Notes: a model not told the origin generated them from the sequence alone. A DNA stretch of 58,877 nucleotides from a virus (IMGVR_UViG_3300024229_000994:1-58877); one strand, 5' to 3'; counted from the first letter of the stretch, positions 9,565-20,022 are shown. Translations and numbers: made by a program.

Positions 9565-9604
9565 AGCCTTTAATTATATACTACGATTCACAGGTGTTCA
9601 ACTA

Positions 9605-10666
9605 TTAAAGATCAAAATCTTCAAAGACTTCTTCATCGATTTCTGTATCCCGTGCGCCTATCTTATAGGAGCTAATCTCAGTTTCTTGCGGAGCTACTTG
9701 AACTTTAGAGCTATCCGTAAAACTATTCAACCAGCCACCGATTGGATTTGTAGGTTGATCAAATATCTTATTATATCCTAATGATCGGAGACGTGAGTTA
9801 GCTAACCATTCAATATACCCGCTTAGCATTTCAGAGTTTAAACCGAGTAATGAGCCTTGCGAGAAGAGATACTCACCCCACTTCTTTTCATTTTCAGCTG
9901 CTAGACCATACATGTCATAAATCTTCTGCTCGTTATCCTTAACTACTTGCTGGAAACCTTCATCTTTATTTTCTTTCCAGTACTTGATAATGTTTTGAGT
10001 AATAGCTGCGTGTAAGTTTTCGTCACGTGCAATCAACCCGATAATCTTAGAGTTACCTTCCATCTTACCTTTGTATCCAAAGAAAAAAGAACAAGCAAAC
10101 GAGGTATAAAATGATAATCCTTCAGTAATCTGCGTTGATAATACCGCGTTAAAAATCTTCTGTTTAATATCGCTTGTATCATCACCGAGTAATGTATTAT
10201 AAGCGCTACTAATCTCTGTAGCTCTCCTCACAATTTCTTTATCTTCTAAGATAGAATCAAAGAATTGAGTTGCATCTTTTGCGATATTTTGCAGTGTATA
10301 CGTATACGAGTAACTATGAATTGTTTCAAATCTTGCCCAAGTAGTCATGCAAATTTCAAGTTCTGGATTCGAAACATAATTTTTAATATTATGAATACTT
10401 CTAGAGAGCATACTATCGGTCATAGTTTGCCATCTAAGATTACTATTAAAGATAAATCTCTCCGTATCGGAAAGATTTTCGTAATCATTACGATCTTTCG
10501 TCAGTGATACCTCTTCAGGTAACCAGTGAAATTCTTCTTGCTTTCTCCACAGGTCGAAAAACTTAGGATATTTAAACCTATCATATCTTTGCAGAGCTAA
10601 ATCCTCTCCAAGAAACATTGGTTGTTTTGTTGTATCTACATTAGTTGTGTTTAAGACAGTTTCCAT
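9605..10666 (-). CDS. nrdB: ribonucleotide reductase class Ia beta subunit
   Basis: FHWLPEEV, ETIHSYSY, EGLSFYTSF, RDENLH, VAPQETEISSY. Confidence 0.97.
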   Translation of the reverse strand: METVLNTTNVDTTKQPMFLGEDLALQRYDRFKYPKFFDLWRKQEEFHWLPEEVSLTKDRNDYENLSDTERFIFNSNLRWQTMTDSMLSRSIHNIKNYVSNPELEICMTTWARFETIHSYSYTYTLQNIAKDATQFFDSILEDKEIVRRATEISSAYNTLLGDDTSDIKQKIFNAVLSTQITEGLSFYTSFACSFFFGYKGKMEGNSKIIGLIARDENLHAAITQNIIKYWKENKDEGFQQVVKDNEQKIYDMYGLAAENEKKWGEYLFSQGSLLGLNSEMLSGYIEWLANSRLRSLGYNKIFDQPTNPIGGWLNSFTDSSKVQVAPQETEISSYKIGARDTEIDEEVFEDFDL

Positions 10667-10686
10667 AAATTTTTATTCCCTTTATA

Positions 10687-12945
10687 TTATAATGCGCATG
10701 CACCAGATTCACATTCATTATCAATCTGTTCCTCTTCCCCCATGCTCTGTTTATCACCGTCATCAGTATTTAGATAATAACCGGTTCTCCAACCTAACTT
10801 ATATGCTAGAAGAATCTCTTTAATTACTTTTGAATCTGGTAATGCACCATTTTCGTAATGAGCGTAATTATAGTACATATTAGCACTAATACTCATATCA
10901 ATCCATTTTTGTAATGCACCAACAATCTTAATAAGACCTTCATTATCTTCCATTTCATACGCTAACGTATACTTATTTTTAAGAGATGAGTAGTTCGGCA
11001 CAATAACAGGTAGTGTACGAGCTTTTGATTTTTTATAGGTAATGTAGTTTCTAATAGGTTCTATGCCATTCGTAGAGCACTGAATTACCGATGAGCTCTC
11101 ACATGGCATTATAGCAGATACGGTGCTATGGCGCAGGCCATGCTCTTTAATTCTCTCTCTCAGACCTTCCCAGTCCATAGCATGATCACGAGTTACAAAC
11201 TCATCAATTTCCTTCTTATACGTATCGATTGGTAACCATCCCTGGCTATATTTTGTTTTATTAAATTTAGGACATTTACCCTTCTCACTCGCAATATTAC
11301 AAGATGAGCTAAGAAGAAAATACTGAATCTTCTCCATAAGTTCATCCGCTACGTTTGGTGCTTCTGCATCCGTATACTTAACGCCGTGTTTAGCGAGATA
11401 AGCTGCAAAGTTCGTTACCCCAATACCTAGAGATCTTCTATTCTTAGTAAAGTTTTCAGCAGCAGGTAAGAAGTAATCTTGGTAATCAATTAACTGATCT
11501 AGAATACGTACAATAATATCACATACCTTTTCCATCTCTGCATCTGAGTTAACTTCCAGTACATTAATAGCTGATAAGATACAGATACCAATCTCAGCAT
11601 CTTTATCATCTAAATGCTGGAGAGGTTTAGTAGGATGTAATACCTCAACGCATAGATTAGTCATCTTAACATCGTCATTCCACGCTGAACGTTGATTACA
11701 GTGATCAATATTCATGAAGTATATACGACCAGTCTCTACTCTTTCCTTAACGAACAAAGACATTAGCTGTCTTGCTTTAACCGTCTTCTTAAACTTAAGG
11801 CTTGTCTTACGTTCATATAACTCATATAACTCATCAAAATTTTCATGACCGAAAGCATCGTATAATTCTTTAGCTTCGTAGGGAGAAAAAAGAGTTACGT
11901 CCTCGTTCTTTAGAAATCTTTTATAAAAGAGCTCGCTGAACTGAATACAGTAATCAAGTTTACGCACGCGATTGTCGTCTGTACCAGAATTATTCTTGAG
12001 TACCAACATATCTTCAGCTTCATAATGCCAAAACGGAAAGTTGACCGTAGCTGAACCACCGCGGATACCATTCTGATGGCATGACTTAACAGTAGATTCC
12101 ATTAGCTTTAGAAAGGGAATCACCCCGGTATGAACCACCTCACCATTACGGATAGGAGAATTAAGCGGTCGAATTCGACCGATATTTAACCCTATACCAT
12201 ATCTTGAACCGGTTGCATAGCCGGCAGCTGTCGATGACGAGAAGATAGAGGGGAGAGTATCGTCGATATCAATTAAGCAACAAGACGCATATTGTCTAAT
12301 TTGACTACGTACACCTGCCATAAGCGGAGTTGGTATGTTAATTTTAAATTTAGAGAAATAATCGTATGCCTTCTTTACATACTGCATACGTGTTTGACCT
12401 TCATATTGACCGAAGCATACCATCGCAATAATCATATAAGCAAACTGCGGGGTTTCATAAATCTTCTGAGTCGATCGATCTTGAATTAGATACTTATCGC
12501 ATAATTGCCTCATACCGGCGTATGTAAAGTTATTGTCTCTATCATGCTGAATATACTCATCTAATTTATTAATTTCTTTCTCAGTATAGAGCATCAAAAT
12601 GTCTTCATCGTACACATCGTATTCATGCACATTTTTATTAATAAAATCAACAAGCTTAGGTGGATTCTTACCGCCCCAGACGTCTTTACGTAACTGATAG
12701 GATAATAAACGCGACGCGACAAATTGATAATTTGGCGTTGCGAGTGAAATTAAATTAACAGCTGAGTCAATTAATACATTATGAATTTCATCAGTTGTTA
12801 TACCTTCTTTCATTTGAAGCTTGGCGTTAATCTCGATATCAGAAGCTGTAACTCCTTTAATATCTTCAACCGCCCAATTAACAACCTTGTGAATCTTCTC
12901 TACGTCATATGGGACTGATTCACCGTTTCTTTTTACAATATTCAT
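10687..12945 (-). CDS. nrdA: ribonucleotide reductase class Ia alpha subunit with ATP cone
   Basis: IVKRNG ATP cone, ASCCL, TNLCVE, C-terminal CESGAC. Start placed at the second ATG (12945), 6 nt after TAAATA; the track start is 12951. Confidence 0.97.
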   Translation of the reverse strand: MNIVKRNGESVPYDVEKIHKVVNWAVEDIKGVTASDIEINAKLQMKEGITTDEIHNVLIDSAVNLISLATPNYQFVASRLLSYQLRKDVWGGKNPPKLVDFINKNVHEYDVYDEDILMLYTEKEINKLDEYIQHDRDNNFTYAGMRQLCDKYLIQDRSTQKIYETPQFAYMIIAMVCFGQYEGQTRMQYVKKAYDYFSKFKINIPTPLMAGVRSQIRQYASCCLIDIDDTLPSIFSSSTAAGYATGSRYGIGLNIGRIRPLNSPIRNGEVVHTGVIPFLKLMESTVKSCHQNGIRGGSATVNFPFWHYEAEDMLVLKNNSGTDDNRVRKLDYCIQFSELFYKRFLKNEDVTLFSPYEAKELYDAFGHENFDELYELYERKTSLKFKKTVKARQLMSLFVKERVETGRIYFMNIDHCNQRSAWNDDVKMTNLCVEVLHPTKPLQHLDDKDAEIGICILSAINVLEVNSDAEMEKVCDIIVRILDQLIDYQDYFLPAAENFTKNRRSLGIGVTNFAAYLAKHGVKYTDAEAPNVADELMEKIQYFLLSSSCNIASEKGKCPKFNKTKYSQGWLPIDTYKKEIDEFVTRDHAMDWEGLRERIKEHGLRHSTVSAIMPCESSSVIQCSTNGIEPIRNYITYKKSKARTLPVIVPNYSSLKNKYTLAYEMEDNEGLIKIVGALQKWIDMSISANMYYNYAHYENGALPDSKVIKEILLAYKLGWRTGYYLNTDDGDKQSMGEEEQIDNECESGACAL

Positions 12946-12962
12946 ATTCATTATTTACAAAA

Positions 12963-13472
12963 TTATACTAGGATTAATAGCTTGAATGCACCGAATTTTT
13001 GGAAATCAAACTTATCTTCGTTAAGATTTAAGAGATGCTGTAATATTTTATTATCATCTCTAATACTATCATTAGTTATTTTTTTAAAGTGTTTAAAATC
13101 AACAGGATATACTCTCTTATTGAGATATGAGTATGCATCTTTACATGACATATTATGTTCATCTAGAATAGTTTCGTAGATATTAATATTCATATTACCG
13201 GCGACTTCTTGATTTAGTAATGTCTTAGCTAATACGGCACCAACTGCATTTAGAGATATAAACAACCCGTATAGCGGTAATACGCTAAATCCATCTTTAT
13301 TTTCGAATATAAAAAGACGCTTTTTTGGATTATATTTTTCGCAAATTTCTAGGCGCTGGTTATCATATTCATTCTTTATAGCGAACCCCAAAAATAAGCA
13401 AGGTAACTTTTCGTCGAACGCGTCAAATGAGTCTGTATTAACTGGCTGTTCTGTTAATGATATATCAATCAT
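12963..13472 (-). CDS. hypothetical protein
   Basis: 169 aa ORF in a tightly packed operon. Confidence 0.7.
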   Translation of the reverse strand: MIDISLTEQPVNTDSFDAFDEKLPCLFLGFAIKNEYDNQRLEICEKYNPKKRLFIFENKDGFSVLPLYGLFISLNAVGAVLAKTLLNQEVAGNMNINIYETILDEHNMSCKDAYSYLNKRVYPVDFKHFKKITNDSIRDDNKILQHLLNLNEDKFDFQKFGAFKLLILV

Positions 13473-13474
13473 GG

Positions 13475-13696
13475 TTACATGCTAATATCGCTAACAATTG
13501 ATCCTGTCTGCATGTTGATTGTTCTAATCTTATCACCCGAATAAGGTGTTTGGATAGTTACAGATACCATATCACCAGCAATTGCCAGATTTGTATAATT
13601 ACCTGGTGGTAATGAGTGAGTACGGTATATACCACCTGAAACGGCATCAAATATCTCAATTTTATCTTTTCTAATCCTTGCTGTTAATGTTTTCAT
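13475..13696 (-). CDS. hypothetical protein
   Basis: 73 aa; ATGA overlap with the upstream gene. Confidence 0.7.
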   Translation of the reverse strand: MKTLTARIRKDKIEIFDAVSGGIYRTHSLPPGNYTNLAIAGDMVSVTIQTPYSGDKIRTINMQTGSIVSDISM

Positions 13697-14061
13697 ACTC
13701 CAATTATATACTGGTTTATAAAATTTTCAACGTCATTATCAGATTTATTATAAGTAAAGCATGTTAATGCCTCGTTAAATGTTGGATGGTCTTTTAAGAT
13801 ACTAACTTTAAGAAATGCAGCTTCTATACTGGTAAGAGTCTCATCATTAGGTAGAGGTGTTTTATCATCAACATTTAAAATCTTTCGAATATCTACAACT
13901 TTATATCCTTTTTTAAGAAAGCTTTTTACTTCTCTGCATATATACATCTCATTTAACTTTTCTTCAGAGCCATATTCATCTATTTTTTTCTGTAAAAAGT
14001 CACCGGAATAAATAGTTTGCTTACCAGTGACAACACAAGTTATCTTTTTTGTCTTTGCCAT
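13693..14061 (-). CDS. hypothetical protein
   Basis: Likely start MAKTKK at 14061, 7 nt after TATAAT. Confidence 0.7.
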   Translation of the reverse strand: MAKTKKITCVVTGKQTIYSGDFLQKKIDEYGSEEKLNEMYICREVKSFLKKGYKVVDIRKILNVDDKTPLPNDETLTSIEAAFLKVSILKDHPTFNEALTCFTYNKSDNDVENFINQYIIGV

Positions 14062-14086
14062 TAACATAATTATAATAAATATTTAT

Positions 14087-14317
14087 ATGAAATTCAATAG
14101 CCTAGTTGATAATATATTAGAAGATTTCCGTGCACCTATAGATGTTCAACGCCCAGGTAAAGTTAAACCACGTGGTAAATTTGGTACAGTTAACCCTCAA
14201 TTAAATGTACCTCATAGTACGAAATCAGTTAGCGGATTTAAAGGTCAACCAGGCGGTAAGATGAATACGCTATTTATTAAGTTACCGAAGCGTAAAAAGA
14301 AATCTACCAAGAAGTAG
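14087..14317 (+). CDS. small basic protein with a putative capsid-targeting N-terminus
   Basis: Start re-placed at ATG 14087 (TAAATA + 5 nt): MKFNSLVDNILEDF... Confidence 0.7.
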   Translation: MKFNSLVDNILEDFRAPIDVQRPGKVKPRGKFGTVNPQLNVPHSTKSVSGFKGQPGGKMNTLFIKLPKRKKKSTKK

Positions 14318-14855
14318 ATAACCATTTTGCAGCTGCCATTGTAGCTCCTAACGCATCATTCTTCTCTAGAATATTAGACCAAGCTTTCTCATCATAATCT
14401 TGTAATCTTTTTAATGCATCTTTACCAAACGCTTTATGAAATTTAGGTCCAAAATATTGGTGAGAATTTTTGACTAGACTCATAGCAGTTTTAGGTTCAA
14501 CTTGCCAGTAACTTCTAGCAGGGCCACCACCACTCTGCACTCTCGTACGGTAACCAGATTCTACAGCACCTGTTTTTGTTAAGATATCAATAAATTCTTG
14601 CTCTGAATGACCTTCATCACCGGCAAAAATCTTTGCAGCTACCTGTATTGCCATTTTAGCATCTGCGGGTGTTTCAATATCGGCTTTTAGTACTCTTGTA
14701 GCTCGAGCTTCTTTCTGAGGATCGTTACTAGTCTGATAATATTTCGACCAATCTTGTACGAAATCTCCGAATAGAGAGGATGTAGCTAATGCTCCCATCG
14801 CTAAAGCTTTACTCAACTTACCTTCTTCGATATAGTACTCTTTAAACGTCTGCAT
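14304..14855 (-). CDS. lysozyme/transglycosylase-like virion protein
   Basis: TGAVESGY catalytic-Glu motif and ARSYWQVEP; N-terminus MQTFKEYYIEE followed by a hydrophobic segment; TATAAATA 5 nt upstream. Confidence 0.65.
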   Translation of the reverse strand: MQTFKEYYIEEGKLSKALAMGALATSSLFGDFVQDWSKYYQTSNDPQKEARATRVLKADIETPADAKMAIQVAAKIFAGDEGHSEQEFIDILTKTGAVESGYRTRVQSGGGPARSYWQVEPKTAMSLVKNSHQYFGPKFHKAFGKDALKRLQDYDEKAWSNILEKNDALGATMAAAKWLSTSW

Positions 14856-14863
14856 AATATTAT

Positions 14864-16492
14864 TTATATAAACCTCTCGAGAAAGTACCTGGGTAGTTTA
14901 TTCTTATTACGTATAACAGCATTAAAAATATTTGCATCTAATACATATGTAACGCAATGATCATCTTTACTTCTAATACCTCTACCACACTGCTGTATAA
15001 AATTTGAAAGCATCTTGTTCTCGTACCATTGTTTATCTTGATTGAACATTTTTTTAATTCTATCATCACCTAAAGGTAAATAGGCTGCTTTTACGATAAT
15101 TTGAAATCTTGCTAAATCGCCTTTAAGGTCTACACCGAGTCCAAGAGACGGGCTAACGAGAACAGTAGGGTTCTGAGATTTTTCGTGCATATCGAGAATA
15201 TCTTCATTCTTATTCATTTGATCTCTATATAAAAATCTATTACTATTTGTATTATTCTTAATAAAGCTTGTTATACTATTAGTATGTGTATGTATAATCC
15301 CCTTCTCGTCTTTATGCTTTTCACATATAGCATCAATCTGCTTAACTATAGAAGGTAAAGCCTTCTGGAGATTAGCATGATTTAATTTATTTGTTTGAGA
15401 AATATAAATAGGTGCTTTCGCAGGATCAAAACCGCTATCTGATTCAATGTATTCGTAATCAGCTATACCTAATGTTTTAGCTAAATTTTTATGATCAATA
15501 ATAGTAGCTGACATTAATAAAACCTTATCAGCATATTGAAAGATATATTTGGTTAATGTATTAACTTTAAGAGGTGTAAGCTTTATATTATCTCTATCTA
15601 CTACCTGTACAACATACTCGCATGTTTCCCATGTTTCATCAATTAGAGTTAATGTTCTATGTATATTTTTTAAATACTGTAACTTACCTTTTTCACTCTG
15701 AGTTAGACCTGCTTTCTTCTTCATATTATTATGAAGATCATTCATATGCTCTGTTACCTCTGCACGAATTGTATTAATCCAAGTTCTAACGGTAGATGGT
15801 GAAGTAGATGATAGAGGAAAGATTTTAACCTTAAACACTCGAAGCTTCTTAATATCAATAGTCGCGGAGAATTGCTTAACTATCTCATCTTCTAACTCCG
15901 ATGCTTCATCACAAATAATATAATCTCTATATTTAACGTGATTAGGTAAAGCCAAAAACATATTATAATTCAACGCGCTAAATTTACTTGTTAGTGAATT
16001 ATTACGCGCGTTATAATACGGGCAGATATTTTTGCGCCAGCAATCATCTCTTATATGTCTTGTATGTATACAAGGTGCAGTATCAACATCATAATTAGGA
16101 TCTACCTCACATTGATAATTTGATTTACCTTTAAGTATAGCTGTATCGTCAAATATACTCTTATACTGATCCTGTAATGTTTTAGTGATTGTTAATGCAA
16201 ACGCCCCTGCAGGTAATTCATCTTTACATTCTTGTTCGTATGTATATGAACCTGCTTGATCCATTTTATACGCCTCATATGTATTAATATAATTTTTAAA
16301 TGTTGCAGTTGGATCGCTTGAGACGTTCGCTAATGTTTTTGATACAAAGCTCTTACCAGAACCTGTAGGCGCGCTGCATATAACAAATTTACTACCGCTG
16401 TTAAACGCCTTTTCAATTTGCTGAATAATATTAACCTGCTGATCGTTAGGTTTAAAATTCTCTGGAAAGTTAGCTAAAAAATGGCTTATCAT
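14864..16492 (-). CDS. DinG/XPD-family SF2 helicase
   Basis: APTGSGKS, LQDQY, Cys cluster, DEAS, MSAT, QQCGRGIRS. Confidence 0.9.
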   Translation of the reverse strand: MISHFLANFPENFKPNDQQVNIIQQIEKAFNSGSKFVICSAPTGSGKSFVSKTLANVSSDPTATFKNYINTYEAYKMDQAGSYTYEQECKDELPAGAFALTITKTLQDQYKSIFDDTAILKGKSNYQCEVDPNYDVDTAPCIHTRHIRDDCWRKNICPYYNARNNSLTSKFSALNYNMFLALPNHVKYRDYIICDEASELEDEIVKQFSATIDIKKLRVFKVKIFPLSSTSPSTVRTWINTIRAEVTEHMNDLHNNMKKKAGLTQSEKGKLQYLKNIHRTLTLIDETWETCEYVVQVVDRDNIKLTPLKVNTLTKYIFQYADKVLLMSATIIDHKNLAKTLGIADYEYIESDSGFDPAKAPIYISQTNKLNHANLQKALPSIVKQIDAICEKHKDEKGIIHTHTNSITSFIKNNTNSNRFLYRDQMNKNEDILDMHEKSQNPTVLVSPSLGLGVDLKGDLARFQIIVKAAYLPLGDDRIKKMFNQDKQWYENKMLSNFIQQCGRGIRSKDDHCVTYVLDANIFNAVIRNKNKLPRYFLERFI

Positions 16493-16510
16493 ATATAGCC
16501 ATATTATACA

Positions 16511-16855
16511 TTATACAGCTGATAAAACAAGCATCGAATTATATAGTTTAGATGCTGTTGATGTATTCATCGCCTTTACCTTGTAATATAAACTACTGTC
16601 TTTTAATGTAAAGTCTTCAATATTATAGGAGAAGTTAATATGATCATCGTAAATATTATGAGCATACGGATAAGGTATTTCATATATTTTATGATCACCT
16701 TTTTCGTTTTTTAGAGTAAAATTAAAGTGAAATTCTTTAAATCTAAACAATATTAGCTTACCTTTCTTGAGCGTCTTACCTTCTTTTATATAAAAAACGA
16801 CATCTCTTAATAGGAATTTACTAATACTATCTTCTACACTATCTATATTATTCAT
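16511..16855 (-). CDS. hypothetical protein
   Basis: 114 aa, coupled to the upstream ORF. Confidence 0.7.
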   Translation of the reverse strand: MNNIDSVEDSISKFLLRDVVFYIKEGKTLKKGKLILFRFKEFHFNFTLKNEKGDHKIYEIPYPYAHNIYDDHINFSYNIEDFTLKDSSLYYKVKAMNTSTASKLYNSMLVLSAV

Positions 16856-17229
16856 CGTCCCATAAATTGATTTTTCTCTTGTATAGTCATATTATAGATA
16901 TGCTTATTAAAATATTCCCAAAATTCATCACTTGGAATAGTCTTAATTAAATCGCAGCTATCCATGCTAACCATTCTCCAATCCTGCATAAAAATATCCC
17001 ATACTAATAATAGATTTTTACTTTCCGGGTTATATTTTGGTGCGCCTGTAGGTGGCTTGAAGTTAAGAGTTGTACGCCCATTAACACTATTTAAAAGGCT
17101 ATTATCTAGAGAACAGAGCATCGTCCTATAAAGCTGACCTGTTAACTCAGGTCTTCTTTTTGTGAATCTAATCTCGCAGACATTACTCTGTAATATCTGC
17201 TTTAAGCTCTGTAAACCTATTTGCGGCAT
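16852..17229 (-). CDS. SH3/WYL-like small protein (DUF2693-like)
   Basis: CEIRFTK...RTMLCSL...VWDIFMQDWRMVS pattern. Confidence 0.55.
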   Translation of the reverse strand: MPQIGLQSLKQILQSNVCEIRFTKRRPELTGQLYRTMLCSLDNSLLNSVNGRTTLNFKPPTGAPKYNPESKNLLLVWDIFMQDWRMVSMDSCDLIKTIPSDEFWEYFNKHIYNMTIQEKNQFMGR

Positions 17230-17642
17230 TATTTACTAGGTTGTTCTTTACAAATTCCAAATAAACGCTGCTCGTTTAAGAACATACCCTTTTTAATTCT
17301 ACCGTAACCTTCAACATCCATATTTGCAATCGAAGCTCCTTTATCGTTAGGAAACATAACAATATCTCCTTGCTTTGCATATTTAACTTCCGGGCCCGCT
17401 AAAATAACTTTAGCTTTTCGCCAAGCCTTATTAAGAGCGTTAGTTGGTATATAAATACCTCCTCTTTTAACTGCATCGCCAGATTCATCAGACGCCTCGT
17501 CAATAAACTCTACTAGTAGGATATCATCAAAAAGAAATGAGAGAATATACTCATCTCCCATTCCAAAATCACCTTGACTGTGACCTTCAAGGTCAATTAA
17601 ACTTCTTTTTGTTGCTAAATTATCAATACTTGCTTGTGCCAT
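17229..17642 (-). CDS. GroES/gp31-like co-chaperonin
   Basis: DDILLVE...GGIYIP...KAKVILAGPEVKYAKQGDIVMF. Confidence 0.8.
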   Translation of the reverse strand: MAQASIDNLATKRSLIDLEGHSQGDFGMGDEYILSFLFDDILLVEFIDEASDESGDAVKRGGIYIPTNALNKAWRKAKVILAGPEVKYAKQGDIVMFPNDKGASIANMDVEGYGRIKKGMFLNEQRLFGICKEQPSK

Positions 17643-17661
17643 ATATAAAGTTATTTAAACC

Positions 17662-18324
17662 TTATAAATCACAAATCAACGGGAAAATTTTAGCAATTTC
17701 TTTTGCGCATTCTTGTGCGATTAATCTATGTTCTAATTGAGTTTCAACACCGGATCTAAGTTCGATATAATGTACCCAACTACGAAGAGTACCGTTCATA
17801 TACATTCTACTTACTGTGTTTCCTTCAGGTAGAACGGCTCGGGCCTGCTCTTTCGCAATACCTTTACCGATAGCCCACTCATATGCGTCTTTAGCTGCAT
17901 TGATTACTTTTTGCTGTTCAGCAAACCATTCAATTGTTAGGTCAGGGTTATCAGATTTAATACTATTCTGTCTATTCTTTAGATCTTGTAATCTAGATTC
18001 TCTTAAAATAAATGGATTATCCTTTAAAGGGTCTGCATACCGTTGACTGAATTCTTGAAAGGAGAACGAGCGGTGTCTTAGAATCTGCCGTGCGATATCC
18101 CTTGTTGTATTAATCTCTACACAGGCGGATACCATTTCTAATGGGCTCCAATGTTTATGTTTAATCAGATAATTAATAAGCTTTTCGGCTGTATCTTTAT
18201 TAAACTGATTTGATGGGTTTGAAACGCGCGCGCAGAAAGCAATAAGATCTTGACAGTCATTTAAACCTTTACCATGGAATTCAATTGCAGGTGTTGAATG
18301 TGAAACTAATTTTACGTTATTCAT
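17662..18324 (-). CDS. thyX: flavin-dependent thymidylate synthase
   Basis: HWSPLE, RHRSFSFQEFSQRY, KEQARAVLP. Confidence 0.97.
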   Translation of the reverse strand: MNNVKLVSHSTPAIEFHGKGLNDCQDLIAFCARVSNPSNQFNKDTAEKLINYLIKHKHWSPLEMVSACVEINTTRDIARQILRHRSFSFQEFSQRYADPLKDNPFILRESRLQDLKNRQNSIKSDNPDLTIEWFAEQQKVINAAKDAYEWAIGKGIAKEQARAVLPEGNTVSRMYMNGTLRSWVHYIELRSGVETQLEHRLIAQECAKEIAKIFPLICDL

Positions 18325-18330
18325 AATATT

Positions 18331-18696
18331 TTACTGATTAAGCAATAAGTCTGACATTTCTCTGTTATGCTTGTATTCTCGTTCACTATAAAACTCCGGG
18401 ATGATTTGCTTCTCTTCTTTACTCTTCTTCTCCTTTTTAGTCTTCTTAAGGTAGTTTAGCTTTTTAAACCTCAATCTCGGAAATACTGAATAGATATAAT
18501 CGTACTGCGATAGCTTATCATCGAACAAACTCCAATACTTGTTAGTTGTTTCGTTCACGTATTCATTCATCTCTTTTGAATACATACTCGTCCATCTATT
18601 AATCATAAATAAATTGAATTGCGACTCATCATCACAATTCATATCTATTTTCTTTTTACTAAATAAGAGACTATTTAGATATTGAAATATTGTCAT
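18331..18696 (-). CDS. clamp-loader small subunit (gp62-like)
   Basis: IFQYLNSL...FMINRWTSM...QYDYIYSVFPR pattern of gp62. Confidence 0.6.
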   Translation of the reverse strand: MTIFQYLNSLLFSKKKIDMNCDDESQFNLFMINRWTSMYSKEMNEYVNETTNKYWSLFDDKLSQYDYIYSVFPRLRFKKLNYLKKTKKEKKSKEEKQIIPEFYSEREYKHNREMSDLLLNQ

Positions 18697-18872
18697 AAAT
18701 TAGTAAGCTCTTTCTCTATCATTTCTTTAGCTTTTAATAGCGCTGTATTTCTAGCTACAAAGGAATTAATAGATTTTTCTTCATTATGAGATTTAAATCT
18801 CTGATACTCCCATGCAGTATCGCTTAGCAGCATACGAAGTACTACTTTAATCTTATTTTCAATTTCTACCAT
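18693..18872 (-). CDS. hypothetical 59-aa protein (not in the ORF track)
   Basis: MVEIENKIKVVLRMLL...EKELTNL; TAATG overlap upstream and ATGA overlap downstream fill the gap exactly. Confidence 0.75.
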   Translation of the reverse strand: MVEIENKIKVVLRMLLSDTAWEYQRFKSHNEEKSINSFVARNTALLKAKEMIEKELTNL

Positions 18873-19462
18873 TAAAGATTAATTTTAGTTGTTGCGATAA
18901 ACATATCGTCGACCATTGCGTAGAATAGATCGATAATATCTTTCATAAACTGCTCAGTTTGCTCATCTGTTAATTCGGTACTATATGCAAAGTTTGGAGC
19001 CTTACGACCAGCATTAACATTGATACCGGTATGTCCAATAGCGACGTTATCTTTAGAATACGTAATACTAACACTGCACTTACCTACCTTCTGTAAAGTA
19101 CCATCACTGCCTTCAAACTCAGCATGTACCATAAGATCATCACCATCTACTTCGATAGGTTTTTTAATATATTTTGATGAGAGAATATTAGCAATTTGAG
19201 TATTGAGTAGCCGCTGAAACGCGACAGCTCCGAGCTTATCCAGATTAGGAATTTCCCAGCAGAAGTTAATAGCATCGTCACTAGCAATATAATCACCTTG
19301 TAAAACATCTTCCTGATCAATCATACCATCAATACTAACATCCATCGGACATCTAAATGCAATAATATTACCAATTGGTAGAGTCTTATTGCGGAAGTAA
19401 TCATATGCGAAACGCTTATGAATTAATGGGCCATCATATACTTTGATATCTTTAATAATCAT
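18872..19462 (-). CDS. DUF366-family protein (lipoate/biotin-ligase-like fold)
   Basis: YDGPLI..FAY, IIAFRCPMDV, MIDQED, FQRLL, DGDDL, KCSVSI, HTGINV motifs. Confidence 0.75.
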   Translation of the reverse strand: MIIKDIKVYDGPLIHKRFAYDYFRNKTLPIGNIIAFRCPMDVSIDGMIDQEDVLQGDYIASDDAINFCWEIPNLDKLGAVAFQRLLNTQIANILSSKYIKKPIEVDGDDLMVHAEFEGSDGTLQKVGKCSVSITYSKDNVAIGHTGINVNAGRKAPNFAYSTELTDEQTEQFMKDIIDLFYAMVDDMFIATTKINL

Positions 19463-19512
19463 ACATTAATTATATGATACGGTTTTAATGAATCAACTAT
19501 TTATGGTTATAA

Positions 19513-20022
19513 TTACGTTAGAATAGCATAGCTACGTGCATGGTAAATTGGATCACGTACAATTTCCATCTGCTTATGGAATCTATCCCTAATACATTCA
19601 GCTATTTTTAAAGCTGATTTATAATGTATATCATCAACTATATAATTCGAATCTGGATCAAACAACTCTATATGATTGATAATATTACCTCTGTTATCAC
19701 CAACCGGACCATCTACTATAACCAGTTTGTATTCTTTTAAAACACCTTTACTAAAAGCTTCAATATCATACCAACCATCTTTGATAGGGCAGTAAACGTA
19801 ATTAACATCATCGACTATATCTATAAAATTTTTATCATGTTCAATTGATGTTATTTCCCAAAAAGTATTTAGTATCTTTGTACCATAACCTGCTCCAACT
19901 TCTAGTATTCGCGAATCTCTCGAAATGTTTTCGTATATCCATTTATATACAGTCCATGATAAGCTCGAGCCTGTCAGAGATGTTGTATCAATTCCTTTAT
20001 CTTTTAATTCAGCTCTTGTCAT
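19513..20022 (-). CDS. class I SAM-dependent methyltransferase
   Basis: ILEVGAGYGT, SIEHD, VIVDGP. Confidence 0.8.
   Translation of the reverse strand: MTRAELKDKGIDTTSLTGSSLSWTVYKWIYENISRDSRILEVGAGYGTKILNTFWEITSIEHDKNFIDIVDDVNYVYCPIKDGWYDIEAFSKGVLKEYKLVIVDGPVGDNRGNIINHIELFDPDSNYIVDDIHYKSALKIAECIRDRFHKQMEIVRDPIYHARSYAILT

Noticed and set aside
10687-12951. Intron or intein in nrdA (also considered for nrdB, thyX and the visible part of gp43)
   Set aside because: Lengths and motif spacing look normal; reading frames are uninterrupted
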